From an uncultured Clostridia bacterium (GTDB taxonomy: Bacteria; Bacillota; Clostridia; Oscillospirales; CAG-272), in contig CANRFY010000002.1 of NCBI GenBank assembly GCA_947630015.1, forward strand, positions 54,710 through 118,709: DNA of 64,000 nt, written 5' to 3'. Both the position numbers and the translations under genes were made by a program. Positions 27,241 through 36,664 of this stretch are shown here, in pieces (positions within the stretch are counted from its first letter, which is position 1; each line of letters starts with the position of its first letter). Under the pieces are notes generated by a model. It saw only the letters and a program-made list of their open reading frames with translations. It had not been told where the DNA came from and ran no database searches.

Positions 27241-27782
27241 AAGGAAAGTTTTGAAGGGATTCATAGCGGGGTTTGGGGCAGCGCCCGACCCAGCGGTATT
27301 CGCGCTCGCGCGACTACTTCGTCGACGCACAAACGTGCATCGCAGAAGCAAACACATTTGCCATATAGCCCTTGTAAGGAAAGTTTTGCGGGGATTCTTT
27401 GCGGGGTGCGGGGCAGCGCCCCGCGAAGCGGTGTTCGCGCTCGCGCGACTACTTCGTCGCCGCACAAACGCGCGATGCAAAGGCGAACACATTTGCCCCA
27501 TAACCTTTGTAAGGAAAGTTTTGAAGGGATTCTTAGCGGGGGCAGATGCTAAGCATCTGCTAACTTTCCGCTTGCGGAAAGTTTCTTAAGCGGGGTGCGG
27601 GGCAGCGCCCCGACCCAGCGGTATTCGCGCTCGCGCGACTACTTCGTCGACGCATAAACGTGCGATGCAGAGATGAACACACTTGCCCCATAACCCTTGT
27701 AAGGAAAGTTTTGAAGAGTTCTTAGAGGGACTTTTACAAAAGTCCCTCTAAGTGGGGTTTGGGGCAAAGCCCCAAAAACCTC
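27241..27782. repeat. Mosaic-repeat locus B: about 3.5 tandem scaffold units (135-bp period) plus palindromic cassettes
   Basis: AAGGAAAGTTTTG recurs at 27241, 27376, 27511 and 27701. Palindromes are GCAGATGCTAAGCATCTGC (27541-27559), AACTTTCCGCTTGCGGAAAGTT (27561-27582) and AGAGGGACTTTTACAAAAGTCCCTCT (27724-27749). The terminal GGTTTGGGGCaaaGCCCCAAAAACC hairpin ends 2 nt before the GH42 stop. Confidence 0.9.
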
Positions 27783-29795
27783 TCACACTCTCACGACCAG
27801 CACGCCATAGGGAGGGATCGTGTGGGGGCCGCGCAAGGGGCCGCCCGTTTCGGCGTCGGAAACGGGGCGGTGAAATTCTACCTCCGACTCCGTATGTGCG
27901 AAATTGAGGATGAAAAGATATCCGCCGCGCGCCGCGATCTCGCACTGTTCCGGGACTGCGACCGTATCCGCATACGGCTCCGCGAGTCCGAGCCGCGCGA
28001 TGAATTCGCGCGCCGCCGGCTCCGTGAACGTGCCGCCGTAATAGTACGCGCATCCGCCGCCGACCGATTTTCGCGTCAGCGCGCATCTTTCCGCGAACCA
28101 AGCGTCCTCATAAAACGCGAGCGGCTCCGCCCCGTCCTTCGGCGTCACAAAATCGGCGTAAACGCCGGCGGGGAATTTCCCATCTCCCCATCTGACTGAC
28201 GCCGGCGCGTCGCCTCCCGCCTGAGCCGTCGAATCGTCGACATCGGCTCCGCACCATTCGCCCACAAGCCCGGGCAGGCTCCTCATCGGGCAATGTCCGT
28301 TTTCATCCTTGTAGCCCGCGCGGCATCCGAACACGATCACACCGCCGCGCGACGCGTATTCATAAAGCAGGCGCGAACGCGCCTCCGTCATGATCGCCGC
28401 GTGCGGATAAAACAGCACCCGATACCGCATAAGCCGCTCCACATCAGCGCCGTCGTCGATGTAGACGTAGTCGCACGGCGCGTGCAGATGCTGCGAGGCG
28501 CGGAACAGCCCCTCGACGCTTTCGCCGTCGAGCGCGCGCCTCCACGCGTCCACATCGCAGTCGAAGATGTTGTCGTAGTCGCGGACGACCGCGTACCGCG
28601 CCTCGTATGCGCTTCCCGCCAGCCCCGAAAGGCTCGACAGCGTTTTGTGTATCTCCCCGATCTCGCAAAGGCGGCGCGTGTCCCTGTTGTCGTAATTCAA
28701 AATTCCGTGCCAGTATATCTCGGTTCCGAACGGCGCGGTCCGCCAGCGGAAAAAGCTTATATAATCGGCGCCGTGCGCCGCGCTCTGCATCGCCCAGAGC
28801 TTTATCTGCCCCGGCTTCGGCTGCGGCGACATTCCCCATGTGTTCCATGAATTCGCGCCCGTCTGCTGCTCCATTATGCCGAAATTGCCCGATATCGACC
28901 GCACCGCCGACAGATCGCGGCTCCAGCCGCGATCCGCCATCCCGCGTTCGGGATGCGATCCCGTGCCGTAGGCAAAATTCGGATACGAATCGTACATGAA
29001 CACGTCGAGCGCCTCGCGCGTCATTCTGTGATTGTCGAGATGCCCGAACATCCCGTTCGTCGTGATGAAATCGTCCGGCTTTTTGTATTCGCGGATGATG
29101 TCGGCCTGCATCTTCACAAACGAGATCGCCGAATCGGAGATGAATCTGATGTAGTCCGCCATCCCGTGCGGATTGTGCGCGCCGTTTACGGTCGGGCGCG
29201 GTACGTGGACCTCGTCAAAGCTGTTGTACGTCTGATTCCAGAACGCGCACCCCCAGGCGCGGTTCAGCTCGTCCGGCGTCCCGTACCTCGCGCGCAGAAA
29301 TTCGCGAAACGCGCCGTCGTCCGATTCCGAATAAAACACATCCGCCTCGCAGTTGACCTCGTTGTCGATCTGCCAGCCGATCACGCATCTGCGGCGCGCG
29401 AAATGCTCCGCAAGCGCGCGCACGACGCGCGCGGACAGCTCGCGGTATTTGGGCGAATTATAGTTGTAATGGCGGCGCGAGCCGTGGCCGTAGCGGACGC
29501 CGTTTATATCCGCGTTGAGCGATTCGGGATATTTCTCCGTCAGCCATGCCGGCGGCGTCGCCGTCGGCGTACACATTATCACATTCATCCCGACGCGCTC
29601 GCACAGATCGAGGAATCCGTCGAAGAAATCGAACGTGAAATTTCCCTCCGTTCTCTCCGTTATGCTCCATGAAAACTCCGCAATCCTGACGGTCGTGATC
29701 CCGACGTCCGTCATCCGCAAGAGGTCCGATTCCCAAAGCGACCGGTCCCAATGCTCCGGATAATAGCATACGCCGAGCGAAACGCATCCTGCCAT
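27783..29795 (-). CDS. Beta-galactosidase, glycoside hydrolase family 42
   Basis: Start at ATG 29795 (MAGCVSLGVCYYPEHWDRSLWESDLLRMTDVGITTVRIAEFSW). Contains the acid/base block GWQIDNE. The length is about 670 aa, typical of GH42. The track ORF start at 29927 is an upstream extension. Confidence 0.9.
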   Translation of the reverse strand: MAGCVSLGVCYYPEHWDRSLWESDLLRMTDVGITTVRIAEFSWSITERTEGNFTFDFFDGFLDLCERVGMNVIMCTPTATPPAWLTEKYPESLNADINGVRYGHGSRRHYNYNSPKYRELSARVVRALAEHFARRRCVIGWQIDNEVNCEADVFYSESDDGAFREFLRARYGTPDELNRAWGCAFWNQTYNSFDEVHVPRPTVNGAHNPHGMADYIRFISDSAISFVKMQADIIREYKKPDDFITTNGMFGHLDNHRMTREALDVFMYDSYPNFAYGTGSHPERGMADRGWSRDLSAVRSISGNFGIMEQQTGANSWNTWGMSPQPKPGQIKLWAMQSAAHGADYISFFRWRTAPFGTEIYWHGILNYDNRDTRRLCEIGEIHKTLSSLSGLAGSAYEARYAVVRDYDNIFDCDVDAWRRALDGESVEGLFRASQHLHAPCDYVYIDDGADVERLMRYRVLFYPHAAIMTEARSRLLYEYASRGGVIVFGCRAGYKDENGHCPMRSLPGLVGEWCGADVDDSTAQAGGDAPASVRWGDGKFPAGVYADFVTPKDGAEPLAFYEDAWFAERCALTRKSVGGGCAYYYGGTFTEPAAREFIARLGLAEPYADTVAVPEQCEIAARGGYLFILNFAHTESEVEFHRPVSDAETGGPLRGPHTIPPYGVLVVRV

Positions 29796-29950
29796 ATCGC
29801 CGCACCTGCCTTTGCCGTTATTTTTTATAATTGTATCACGGACGGCGCATAAAGTCCACACAACAGATAAAAATATTTGCCGATACGATTGACAAACGCA
29901 CGATTCAGTCATAAAATAAAATGGCAAGTGCGATATGGCGGAGGTTATTT

Positions 29951-30826
29951 ATGCCTGTTGAAAAGAAGCGCGTCGGCGCCAAGGACATCATATCGGATAT
30001 AATGTTTATACTGCTCGGAAGCGCGCTGTACGGCAGCGCGATCGTGTTCTTTCTCGGGCCGTCCGGCACCATCATGGGCGGCGCAACCGGTATTGCGACG
30101 ACGGTGAACATATTCTTCCCGCAGGTCACGATAGGTACGATGATATTCGTCGCCAACGTGCCGCTTCTGCTGATCGGTCTGCGCGTGTTCGGACTGCGCA
30201 TACTGTGGCGCGTCATCATCGCCGTTTTCTCGACGTCGCTGATGTCGAACCTGCTTGAATTCATCCCGTTCACCGTGACCGACGATCCGCTCCTCTGCGC
30301 CATAATGGGCGGTCTTCTGCTCGGCGCCGGAGGCGGCCTTCTTCTCTCCCGCGGCTACAACAGCGGCGGCTCCGATCTCGCCGCCGTGATGCTGCGTCGG
30401 ACGCTTTTGCGCGCGTTCTCGACGGGGCGCATCATATTCGGTCTCGATCTTTTGATCGTCGTCGGTTCGGCGCTTCTGACCCGCAATTATACGGGCATAT
30501 TCTATTCGCTGATCGCGACATACGCATATTCGTTCGCCATCGATTACATCATCGACGGCAATAAGACGGCGAAGATGACGTTCATCATCTCCGATAAATA
30601 CGAGGATATCGCCGACGGCATCTTCAGCGAGCTGTCGCGCGGCGTCACGCTTTTGAACGGCCTCGGCTGGTACTCGGGCAGCGAAAAACACGTCATCCTC
30701 TGCGTCGTTAAACCGCATGAACTCTTCCGCGTCAAAGCGCTCGTAAAACGCATCGACCCAGCCGCCTTCATGATCCTCACCGACGCTAAAGAAGTCGCCG
30801 GCCTCGGATTTGAGGCACTCGAATAG
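29951..30826 (+). CDS. YitT-family membrane protein (DUF2179 C-terminal domain)
   Basis: Start at ATG 29951, 6 nt after GGAGG. It has the YitT-type N-terminus DIMFILLGSALYGSAIVFFLGPSGTIMGGATGIA and a C-terminal soluble domain (VTLLNGLGWYSGSEKHVILCVV). Confidence 0.85.
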   Translation: MPVEKKRVGAKDIISDIMFILLGSALYGSAIVFFLGPSGTIMGGATGIATTVNIFFPQVTIGTMIFVANVPLLLIGLRVFGLRILWRVIIAVFSTSLMSNLLEFIPFTVTDDPLLCAIMGGLLLGAGGGLLLSRGYNSGGSDLAAVMLRRTLLRAFSTGRIIFGLDLLIVVGSALLTRNYTGIFYSLIATYAYSFAIDYIIDGNKTAKMTFIISDKYEDIADGIFSELSRGVTLLNGLGWYSGSEKHVILCVVKPHELFRVKALVKRIDPAAFMILTDAKEVAGLGFEALE

Positions 30827-31250
30827 AGGGGTGCGGAGCGATAGCTTTCGGGGCGTTTGCTTTCGGGGCGCTGCCTAAGTTTTCGGGGCGCTGCCCCAAA
30901 CCCCGCTTAGAGGGACTTTTGTAAAAGTCCCTCTAAGAACTCTTCAAAACTTTCCTGACAAGGGTGATAGGGCAAGTGTGTTCGCCTCTGCGCTGCGCGT
31001 TTGTGCGCCGACGAAGTAGTCGCGTGAGCGCGAACACCGCTGGTTCGGGCGAATGTGTTCGCTGCTTCGATGCGCGTTTGTGCGCCGACGAAGTAGTCGC
31101 GCGAGCGCGAACACCGCTTCACGGGGCGCTGCCCCGTACCCCGCTTAAGGAACTTCTTATAAGAAGTTCCTTAAGAATCTTCAAGAATTTTTATGACAAG
31201 GGTTATTTAGCGAATGTGTTCGCCTCTGCGATGCGCGTTTGTGCGGGGAT
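30827..31250. repeat. Mosaic-repeat locus C (inverted orientation relative to locus B)
   Basis: Contains three GGGGCGCTGCC(CC) hairpins and the palindrome AGAGGGACTTTTGTAAAAGTCCCTCT (30910-30935). It also contains the palindrome CTTAAGGAACTTCTTATAAGAAGTTCCTTAAG (31144-31175) and about 2.5 scaffold units (GGCAAGTGTGTTCGCCTCTGCG...CGACGAAGTAGTCGCG...GCGAACACCGC). Confidence 0.9.
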
Positions 31251-31448
31251 ACGGTGCAATTTATATTTTCTCGCGATCGGGCGCTCATGGGTGAGCGTCC
31301 GTGTTTATTAACATAAAATATACTGCTTTTTTTCGCACAATCACGATGTATTTATGCATTTTCCACGTTGTAATCTTTTCTGTGTTGTGATAAAATACCG
31401 AACTGGTGACTGTATGAAGCGCAAAATCGAAAGGAAGATATAATTATC

Positions 31449-32699
31449 ATGGAACAGTTAAAGGGAGCCTGCATAATCGGGCAGTCCGGCGGACCCACAT
31501 CCGTCATTAACGCAAGCGCATACGGCGCGATCAAAGCCGCTCTCAACTCGGACGTTATAACCGGCGTATACGGCGCAGAAAACGGCATCAAGGGCGTGCT
31601 TGAGGATCGTCTCATCGATATGGCGAAGGAAGACGCAGACGAGCTTGAGCTGCTCAGATATACGCCCTCGTCCGCGCTCGGCTCATGCCGTTATAAGCTC
31701 AAGGACCCCGACGTCGACGACACCGACTATAAGCGCATCCTTGAAATATTCAAAAAGTACAACGTCCGCTACTTCTTCTACAACGGCGGCAACGACAGCA
31801 TGGATACGTGCAACAAGATCAGCAAATACTGCCTTAAGAACGGCTATGAATGCCGCGTCATGGGTATTCCGAAGACGATAGACAACGACCTCGCCGTCAC
31901 CGATCACTGCCCCGGCTTCGCATCCGCGGCAAAATATATCGCGACGTCCGTCATGGAGGTCTACCGCGACGCCCGCGTCTATGATACGGGTATGGTTACC
32001 GTTATCGAGATCATGGGACGCAACGCGGGCTGGCTCACCGCCGCATCCGCGCTCGCCGCAGTCAAGGGCAACGGCCCCGATCTCATCTATCTGCCCGAGA
32101 TCGATTTCGACGTCGATTCGTTCGTTGAAAAGGTAAAGGCTCTTTACGAGAAGCAGCACAAGGTGATCGTATGCGTCTCCGAGGGCATCCACGACAAAGA
32201 CGGCAAATATATCGCCGAGTACGGCTCCGATCTCGCATCGCATAAGGACAGCTTCGGCCACGCTCAGATGGGCGGCGTCGCATCGTATCTTGCGAACGTC
32301 GTCAAGGACGCGACGGGCGCCAAGGTGCGCGGCATCGAGCTTTCCCTGCTCCAGCGCTGCGCCGCTCACTGCGCATCCCAGACCGATATCGACGAGAGCT
32401 TCATGTCCGGCAAGATGGCGGTCGAATATGCGACCGAGGGCATCACGGATAAAATGGTCGGTCTGCGCCGCACATACGACGAAAACGGCAAATACGTCTG
32501 CGAACCCGAGCTTATCGAACTTTCCGACGTCGCAAACGCCGAAAAGAAGGTCCCGCTCGAATGGCTCAACGAGACTCAGGACGGCATGAACGAGAAATTC
32601 ATCGAATACTGCCTGCCTCTCATCCAGGGCGAAACGAAAATGATCAAGGAAGACGGCCTGCCGAGATTCGCAAATCTTAAAAAGGTCCGCGTCCAGTAA
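31449..32699 (+). CDS. 6-phosphofructokinase family enzyme, probably PPi-dependent (PfkA/Pfp family)
   Basis: 416 aa with the N-terminus IIGQSGGPTSVINAS, YNGGNDSMDT at the GGDGS/GGDDS position, and GIPKTIDNDL (Lys rather than Gly before TIDND). Confidence 0.85.
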   Translation: MEQLKGACIIGQSGGPTSVINASAYGAIKAALNSDVITGVYGAENGIKGVLEDRLIDMAKEDADELELLRYTPSSALGSCRYKLKDPDVDDTDYKRILEIFKKYNVRYFFYNGGNDSMDTCNKISKYCLKNGYECRVMGIPKTIDNDLAVTDHCPGFASAAKYIATSVMEVYRDARVYDTGMVTVIEIMGRNAGWLTAASALAAVKGNGPDLIYLPEIDFDVDSFVEKVKALYEKQHKVIVCVSEGIHDKDGKYIAEYGSDLASHKDSFGHAQMGGVASYLANVVKDATGAKVRGIELSLLQRCAAHCASQTDIDESFMSGKMAVEYATEGITDKMVGLRRTYDENGKYVCEPELIELSDVANAEKKVPLEWLNETQDGMNEKFIEYCLPLIQGETKMIKEDGLPRFANLKKVRVQ

Positions 32700-32719
32700 T
32701 CCCGAATCAATAATAAAAT

Positions 32720-32762
32720 CACATCGGCCTTTCCGTAAACGGCAAGACCGATGTGTTTTTTA
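32720..32762 (+). terminator. Intrinsic terminator after pfk
   Basis: CACATCGG...CCGATGTG stem followed by TTTTTTATT. Confidence 0.75.
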
Positions 32763-33205
32763 TTGCACAAACGCGCGATGCAGAGATGAACACACTTGCC
32801 CCATAACCCCTGTAATAAAAGTTTTTGAAAGGTTCTTAGCGGGGGCAGATGCGAAGCATCTGCTAACTTTCCGCTTGCGGAAAGTTTCCTAAGCGGGGTG
32901 CGGGGCAGCGCCCCGAAAGTCGGTGTTCGCGCTCGCGTGACTACTTCGTCGACGCACGACCGCGCGGCGCAGAAGCGAACGCCGTCGCCCAACACCATCG
33001 GTGTTCGCGCCCGCGCGACTACTTCGTCGGCGCACAAACGCGCGATGCAGAGGCGAACACACTCGCCCCATAACCCCTGTCAGGAAAGTTTTGCGGGGAT
33101 TTTTAGCGGGGGCAGATGCGAAGCATCTGCTAACTTTCCGCTTGCGGAAAGTTCGACTTTCTTTCAAAAGCTCCCCTTAAGCGGGGTGCGGGGCAGCGCC
33201 CCGAA
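32763..33205. repeat. Mosaic-repeat locus D (same orientation as locus B)
   Basis: About 3 scaffold units. The GCAGATGCGAAGCATCTGC + AACTTTCCGCTTGCGGAAAGTT cassette pair appears twice (32845-32886 and 33111-33152). GGGGCAGCGCCCC hairpins are at 32901 and 33191. The array ends 12 nt before the addA stop. Confidence 0.9.
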
Positions 33206-33217
33206 TATAAACAAAAT

Positions 33218-36200
33218 TCACTCAAATCTAAGCTCGACAGCGTCGCCGAGGTGCATAGAATAGATGAGGACGTGGGCGGGCGGCGCGCCGAAGATGGCGG
33301 CGAGGGCGGCCCTGTAATAGGAGAGCTGGCGCGAATGGCGGGCCGTCAAGACTTTTTCGGCCGCGCCGCGATGCGAGAGTTCATACGGCGAGAGGCGGTC
33401 GGTCTTGTAATCCACAAGCGTAATCCCGCCGTCCCGATCGCGGAAGAAGCAGTCCACGACGCCCTGAACAAGCAGCTCCTCGCCGCGGTAAAGCTCGCGA
33501 TCCGATTCCGATTCGGTGAAATCGGACGCCGGCAGCCTCACATTAAAGCGGCGCTCGCGCCATACCTGCGCCGCACCTGTTATGCGGCGATAAAGATCGC
33601 TTTTGAAAAATCTCTCCACCTCATCGATGCGGACGCGTCCCGCGTCCTCGCGCGTCATGTAGCCGAGCGCGCAAAGCCGCTCGCATTCCGCGTCCGCATC
33701 CTCGGCGGCGCGCGCAAAATCGCAGAACTGCATGAAGATGTGCGTCGCCGTGCCGGCAAGCGCCGACGGCGTCGGCGCCGACTCGGACTCCGCAGAGAAC
33801 GAGACCGCATCCTCGTCAAGGATGTTCGGCTCGAGCCGAGATACCGACAGCTTCGCCGGAAGCGCCCCGATCCGCTCATACGGATATCGGTACAAAAGCC
33901 GACGCCGTATCTCTTCCGCATATTCGGCCGTCCGCTCCGCATCAACGGCGATACCGGCAGAGCCGGCATCGCTTTCGGCGGCGGCAGCACCGGCAGCGAT
34001 CGCCTCGGTATCCCCGTCGGCGGCGCCGGCGGCGATCTCAAGCTCGTATCCGTCATAGCCGGACGCAGACAGCGCCGACAGTATCCATCCTATCATCGTG
34101 CGCTCGCTTCTGACCGCGTGCGCGGAGAAAAACTCCGCTGCAGCCGCAGCTCCGCCGACAACCCGCTCCGGATCGTCGACGCCCGCCGTCACAACAAGCC
34201 GCGACCGCGCCCGCGTCAGCGCCACATACAGTATCCTCATCTCCTCCGCCGCGTTCTCGTCCGAGATCGCGGCCGCGACGCCGCGACGCCAGAGTGTGTC
34301 GTTCATCAAGGTCGAGTTCGGATCGGCGCGCAGCTTCATCGCCGCACCCGCTGACGCCGAATACAGCACCGACGCGCGCGAATCGCGTTCGTTGCGCAAA
34401 GCGCCGCATCCGGCAAGGATCACAAGCTCAAATTCGAGTCCCTTCGATTGGTGGATCGTCATGATCCGCACCTCGCTTTTGTCCGACGACGCGGAGACGG
34501 GATTGTTGACGCCGCCCTCTATCATCGTGTCGACGTATTCGAGGAATCTGTACAGCCCGCGATATCCCCCCGACTCAAATCCGCGCGCGTATTCGTAAAG
34601 CGCCGCCACATTGTCGGCGCGCAGACGCGCTGCCGCGCCTCCGTTTTCCTCCGACCAAAGCTGAGTCTCGACTCCCGTCTCGTCCGCAATAAATCTGACA
34701 GCCTCGTCGGACGTCATCGTGCGCGTACGCGCGCGCCAGCCCCGCACAGTCTCATATGCGGCGCGGCACCGCGCCGCAAGCTTATCGTCCGGCTCTCCGC
34801 TCTCCGCGTCGCGGAGGATGTGATATATCGGCCTTTCGTCGCCCGACTTGATCCTCACAAGCTCGTCAAGACTGAACCCGAACGCGGGCGATCGCAGCGC
34901 GCCCGCCATGTATACGTCGTAGAGCGGATTGTCGCATACGTGAAGCAGACAAAGCATCAGCAGTATTTCGGGACTTTCAAAGAAATTCGCCGCCGCGTCG
35001 TTTCTGACCGGCACGCGCCGCCGTCCCAAAGCGTCTGCGAATTCGGTTCCCCGACTCTTCGCCGAACGCAGCAATATCGCGATTTTGTCGGGTGCGACGC
35101 CGTCCGCGATCGCCTTTTCGATCATGTCCGCCACAGCCTCCGGCTCGCGGCTCCGCGTCGTGACAACGACGCGCGCTGGGATTTTCCCGTCCGCGTCCGA
35201 TTTTGCGTATACGAGCGCGTCGCGGCGCTCGTATGTCACGTTCCCGAACGGCAAAAGCCGCCCGCATACAGCGTTCGTGAAATCCACGACGGCGCGGTCG
35301 CACCTGAAATTCTCCGACATGAACACAGTCTTTATCGTGTGCCTGTACGAATCGAACAGCGACGGCTCCGCTCCGCGGAAGCCGTATATCGACTGCTTTA
35401 CGTCCCCGACCATGAACCGCGTCCGCCCCGCGCCCGCGATCGCGGTAAATATCGCGTCCTGAACGCCGTTTACGTCCTGATATTCGTCGATGCAGATCTC
35501 GTCGTATTCGCGTCCGACCTCCGCCGAGACGTCGCGCCGCGATAAAAGCTCGCACGCGAACCGCTCCAGATCGTCGTAATCGACGACGGCGCGGCGGCGC
35601 TTCTCAGCCGCAAGCCGCTCGTCGAATTTGTCGAGTACGCGGCATATGATCCCGCATACGTCCGCCGTTGCCGCGATCGACGATTCAAGCACGCCGCGCG
35701 GGACCGTGAAATATTCGTCGCCGGCGTCGGCGACGAATTTGCCGAGCGCGGTCCGCGCCTCGCAGAAAAACGCGACGCGCGGCGGCTTTTCCTTGCCGCG
35801 CACTGCGGGCAGGCGCGGCAGCTCCGCTTTGTACGCCGCGATCGCCGCCGCCGTCCCGTCATAGTCGCCGGACTCGACGGACGAGAGGATCGCCGAGGCG
35901 CGGTCGCGCGAATATTCAAATACGGGCGCGTATTTCGCCCCGAAATCTGCAAAATCGGGCAGTTCTTCCACCGCCGCCGACATTATCGCGATATAATGCC
36001 GGAGTCCGTCCGCAACGCGCCTTTTGATCGCCTTGCCCGCGGCCGTATCGAGGAATCCGTCGACGCCGGCGCGAACGGCGGCCCCGGCGCTGTCCGCGAT
36101 CACACGGTGACGACGGCGTCGGCACGACGTCTTCGCGTACAGCGTCAAAAGCGTATCCGCAAGCACGCCGTCGCCTCTGCCGCCGCCTATATGATCCGAC

Positions 36201-36664
36201 AGCGTCAAGATCGAGGCGGCTTCCGCGCCGTCCGCATACATTGCGTCTATCGTCTCCTCCATGCATTCGCGGCGCAGCTGCGCCGATTCCGCCTCGTCCG
36301 GCACGCGCAGACGCGGCGGCAGATGAAGAAGCTCGTGATGCTTCTTCACAAGCGAATAACAAAAGCTGTGTATAGTCCCGACGGAGGCGTCGCCGAGACG
36401 CGCGCATTGACGCAGAAGCCTCGCGTTCCCCGTCGATTCCGCGCGCTCGCGCAGCGCGTCCGCCAGCTTCTTTTTCATATCGGCCGCCGACGCGCGCGAG
36501 AACGTCACGATCAGTATTCTTCCGATATCCGCGCCGTCCTCGACGGCTCTTACGATGCGTTCCGTCAGCGCCGACGTCTTGCCCGATCCGGCCGCCGCCG
36601 ATACGAGCATATCGACGCCGCGCGTCCCTATCGCCTCAAGCTGTGAGCTTGTCCATTCTCTCAT
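33218..36664 (-). CDS. addA: ATP-dependent helicase/nuclease subunit A (AddA)
   Basis: Start at ATG 36664, an ATGA overlap with the addB stop: MREWTSSQLEAIGTRGVDMLVSAAAGSGKTSALTERI (UvrD-type Walker A). The C-terminal RecB-type nuclease motif is LVQGVVDCFF...LVDYKTD. Confidence 0.9.
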   Translation of the reverse strand: MREWTSSQLEAIGTRGVDMLVSAAAGSGKTSALTERIVRAVEDGADIGRILIVTFSRASAADMKKKLADALRERAESTGNARLLRQCARLGDASVGTIHSFCYSLVKKHHELLHLPPRLRVPDEAESAQLRRECMEETIDAMYADGAEAASILTLSDHIGGGRGDGVLADTLLTLYAKTSCRRRRHRVIADSAGAAVRAGVDGFLDTAAGKAIKRRVADGLRHYIAIMSAAVEELPDFADFGAKYAPVFEYSRDRASAILSSVESGDYDGTAAAIAAYKAELPRLPAVRGKEKPPRVAFFCEARTALGKFVADAGDEYFTVPRGVLESSIAATADVCGIICRVLDKFDERLAAEKRRRAVVDYDDLERFACELLSRRDVSAEVGREYDEICIDEYQDVNGVQDAIFTAIAGAGRTRFMVGDVKQSIYGFRGAEPSLFDSYRHTIKTVFMSENFRCDRAVVDFTNAVCGRLLPFGNVTYERRDALVYAKSDADGKIPARVVVTTRSREPEAVADMIEKAIADGVAPDKIAILLRSAKSRGTEFADALGRRRVPVRNDAAANFFESPEILLMLCLLHVCDNPLYDVYMAGALRSPAFGFSLDELVRIKSGDERPIYHILRDAESGEPDDKLAARCRAAYETVRGWRARTRTMTSDEAVRFIADETGVETQLWSEENGGAAARLRADNVAALYEYARGFESGGYRGLYRFLEYVDTMIEGGVNNPVSASSDKSEVRIMTIHQSKGLEFELVILAGCGALRNERDSRASVLYSASAGAAMKLRADPNSTLMNDTLWRRGVAAAISDENAAEEMRILYVALTRARSRLVVTAGVDDPERVVGGAAAAAEFFSAHAVRSERTMIGWILSALSASGYDGYELEIAAGAADGDTEAIAAGAAAAESDAGSAGIAVDAERTAEYAEEIRRRLLYRYPYERIGALPAKLSVSRLEPNILDEDAVSFSAESESAPTPSALAGTATHIFMQFCDFARAAEDADAECERLCALGYMTREDAGRVRIDEVERFFKSDLYRRITGAAQVWRERRFNVRLPASDFTESESDRELYRGEELLVQGVVDCFFRDRDGGITLVDYKTDRLSPYELSHRGAAEKVLTARHSRQLSYYRAALAAIFGAPPAHVLIYSMHLGDAVELRFE

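Noticed and set aside
27172-27589. ORFs of 60-130 aa inside the repeat arrays encoding repeated peptides (KESFEGILSGVRGSAPRSGVRARATTSS.HKRAMQRRTHLPHNPC). They also occur in 30907-31311, 32576-33263 and 47124-47396.
   Set aside because: They are open on both strands and in several frames. The frame is not preserved between copies, which contain indels and palindrome insertions. They have no RBS and sit after strong terminators. They are a by-product of tandem repeats rather than genes.
27241-27782. Possible CRISPR array (regularly spaced repeats)
   Set aside because: The sequence between the recurring motifs is itself conserved between units, so there are no unique spacers. The period is 135 bp rather than about 60-75 bp. 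There are no cas genes and no leader.
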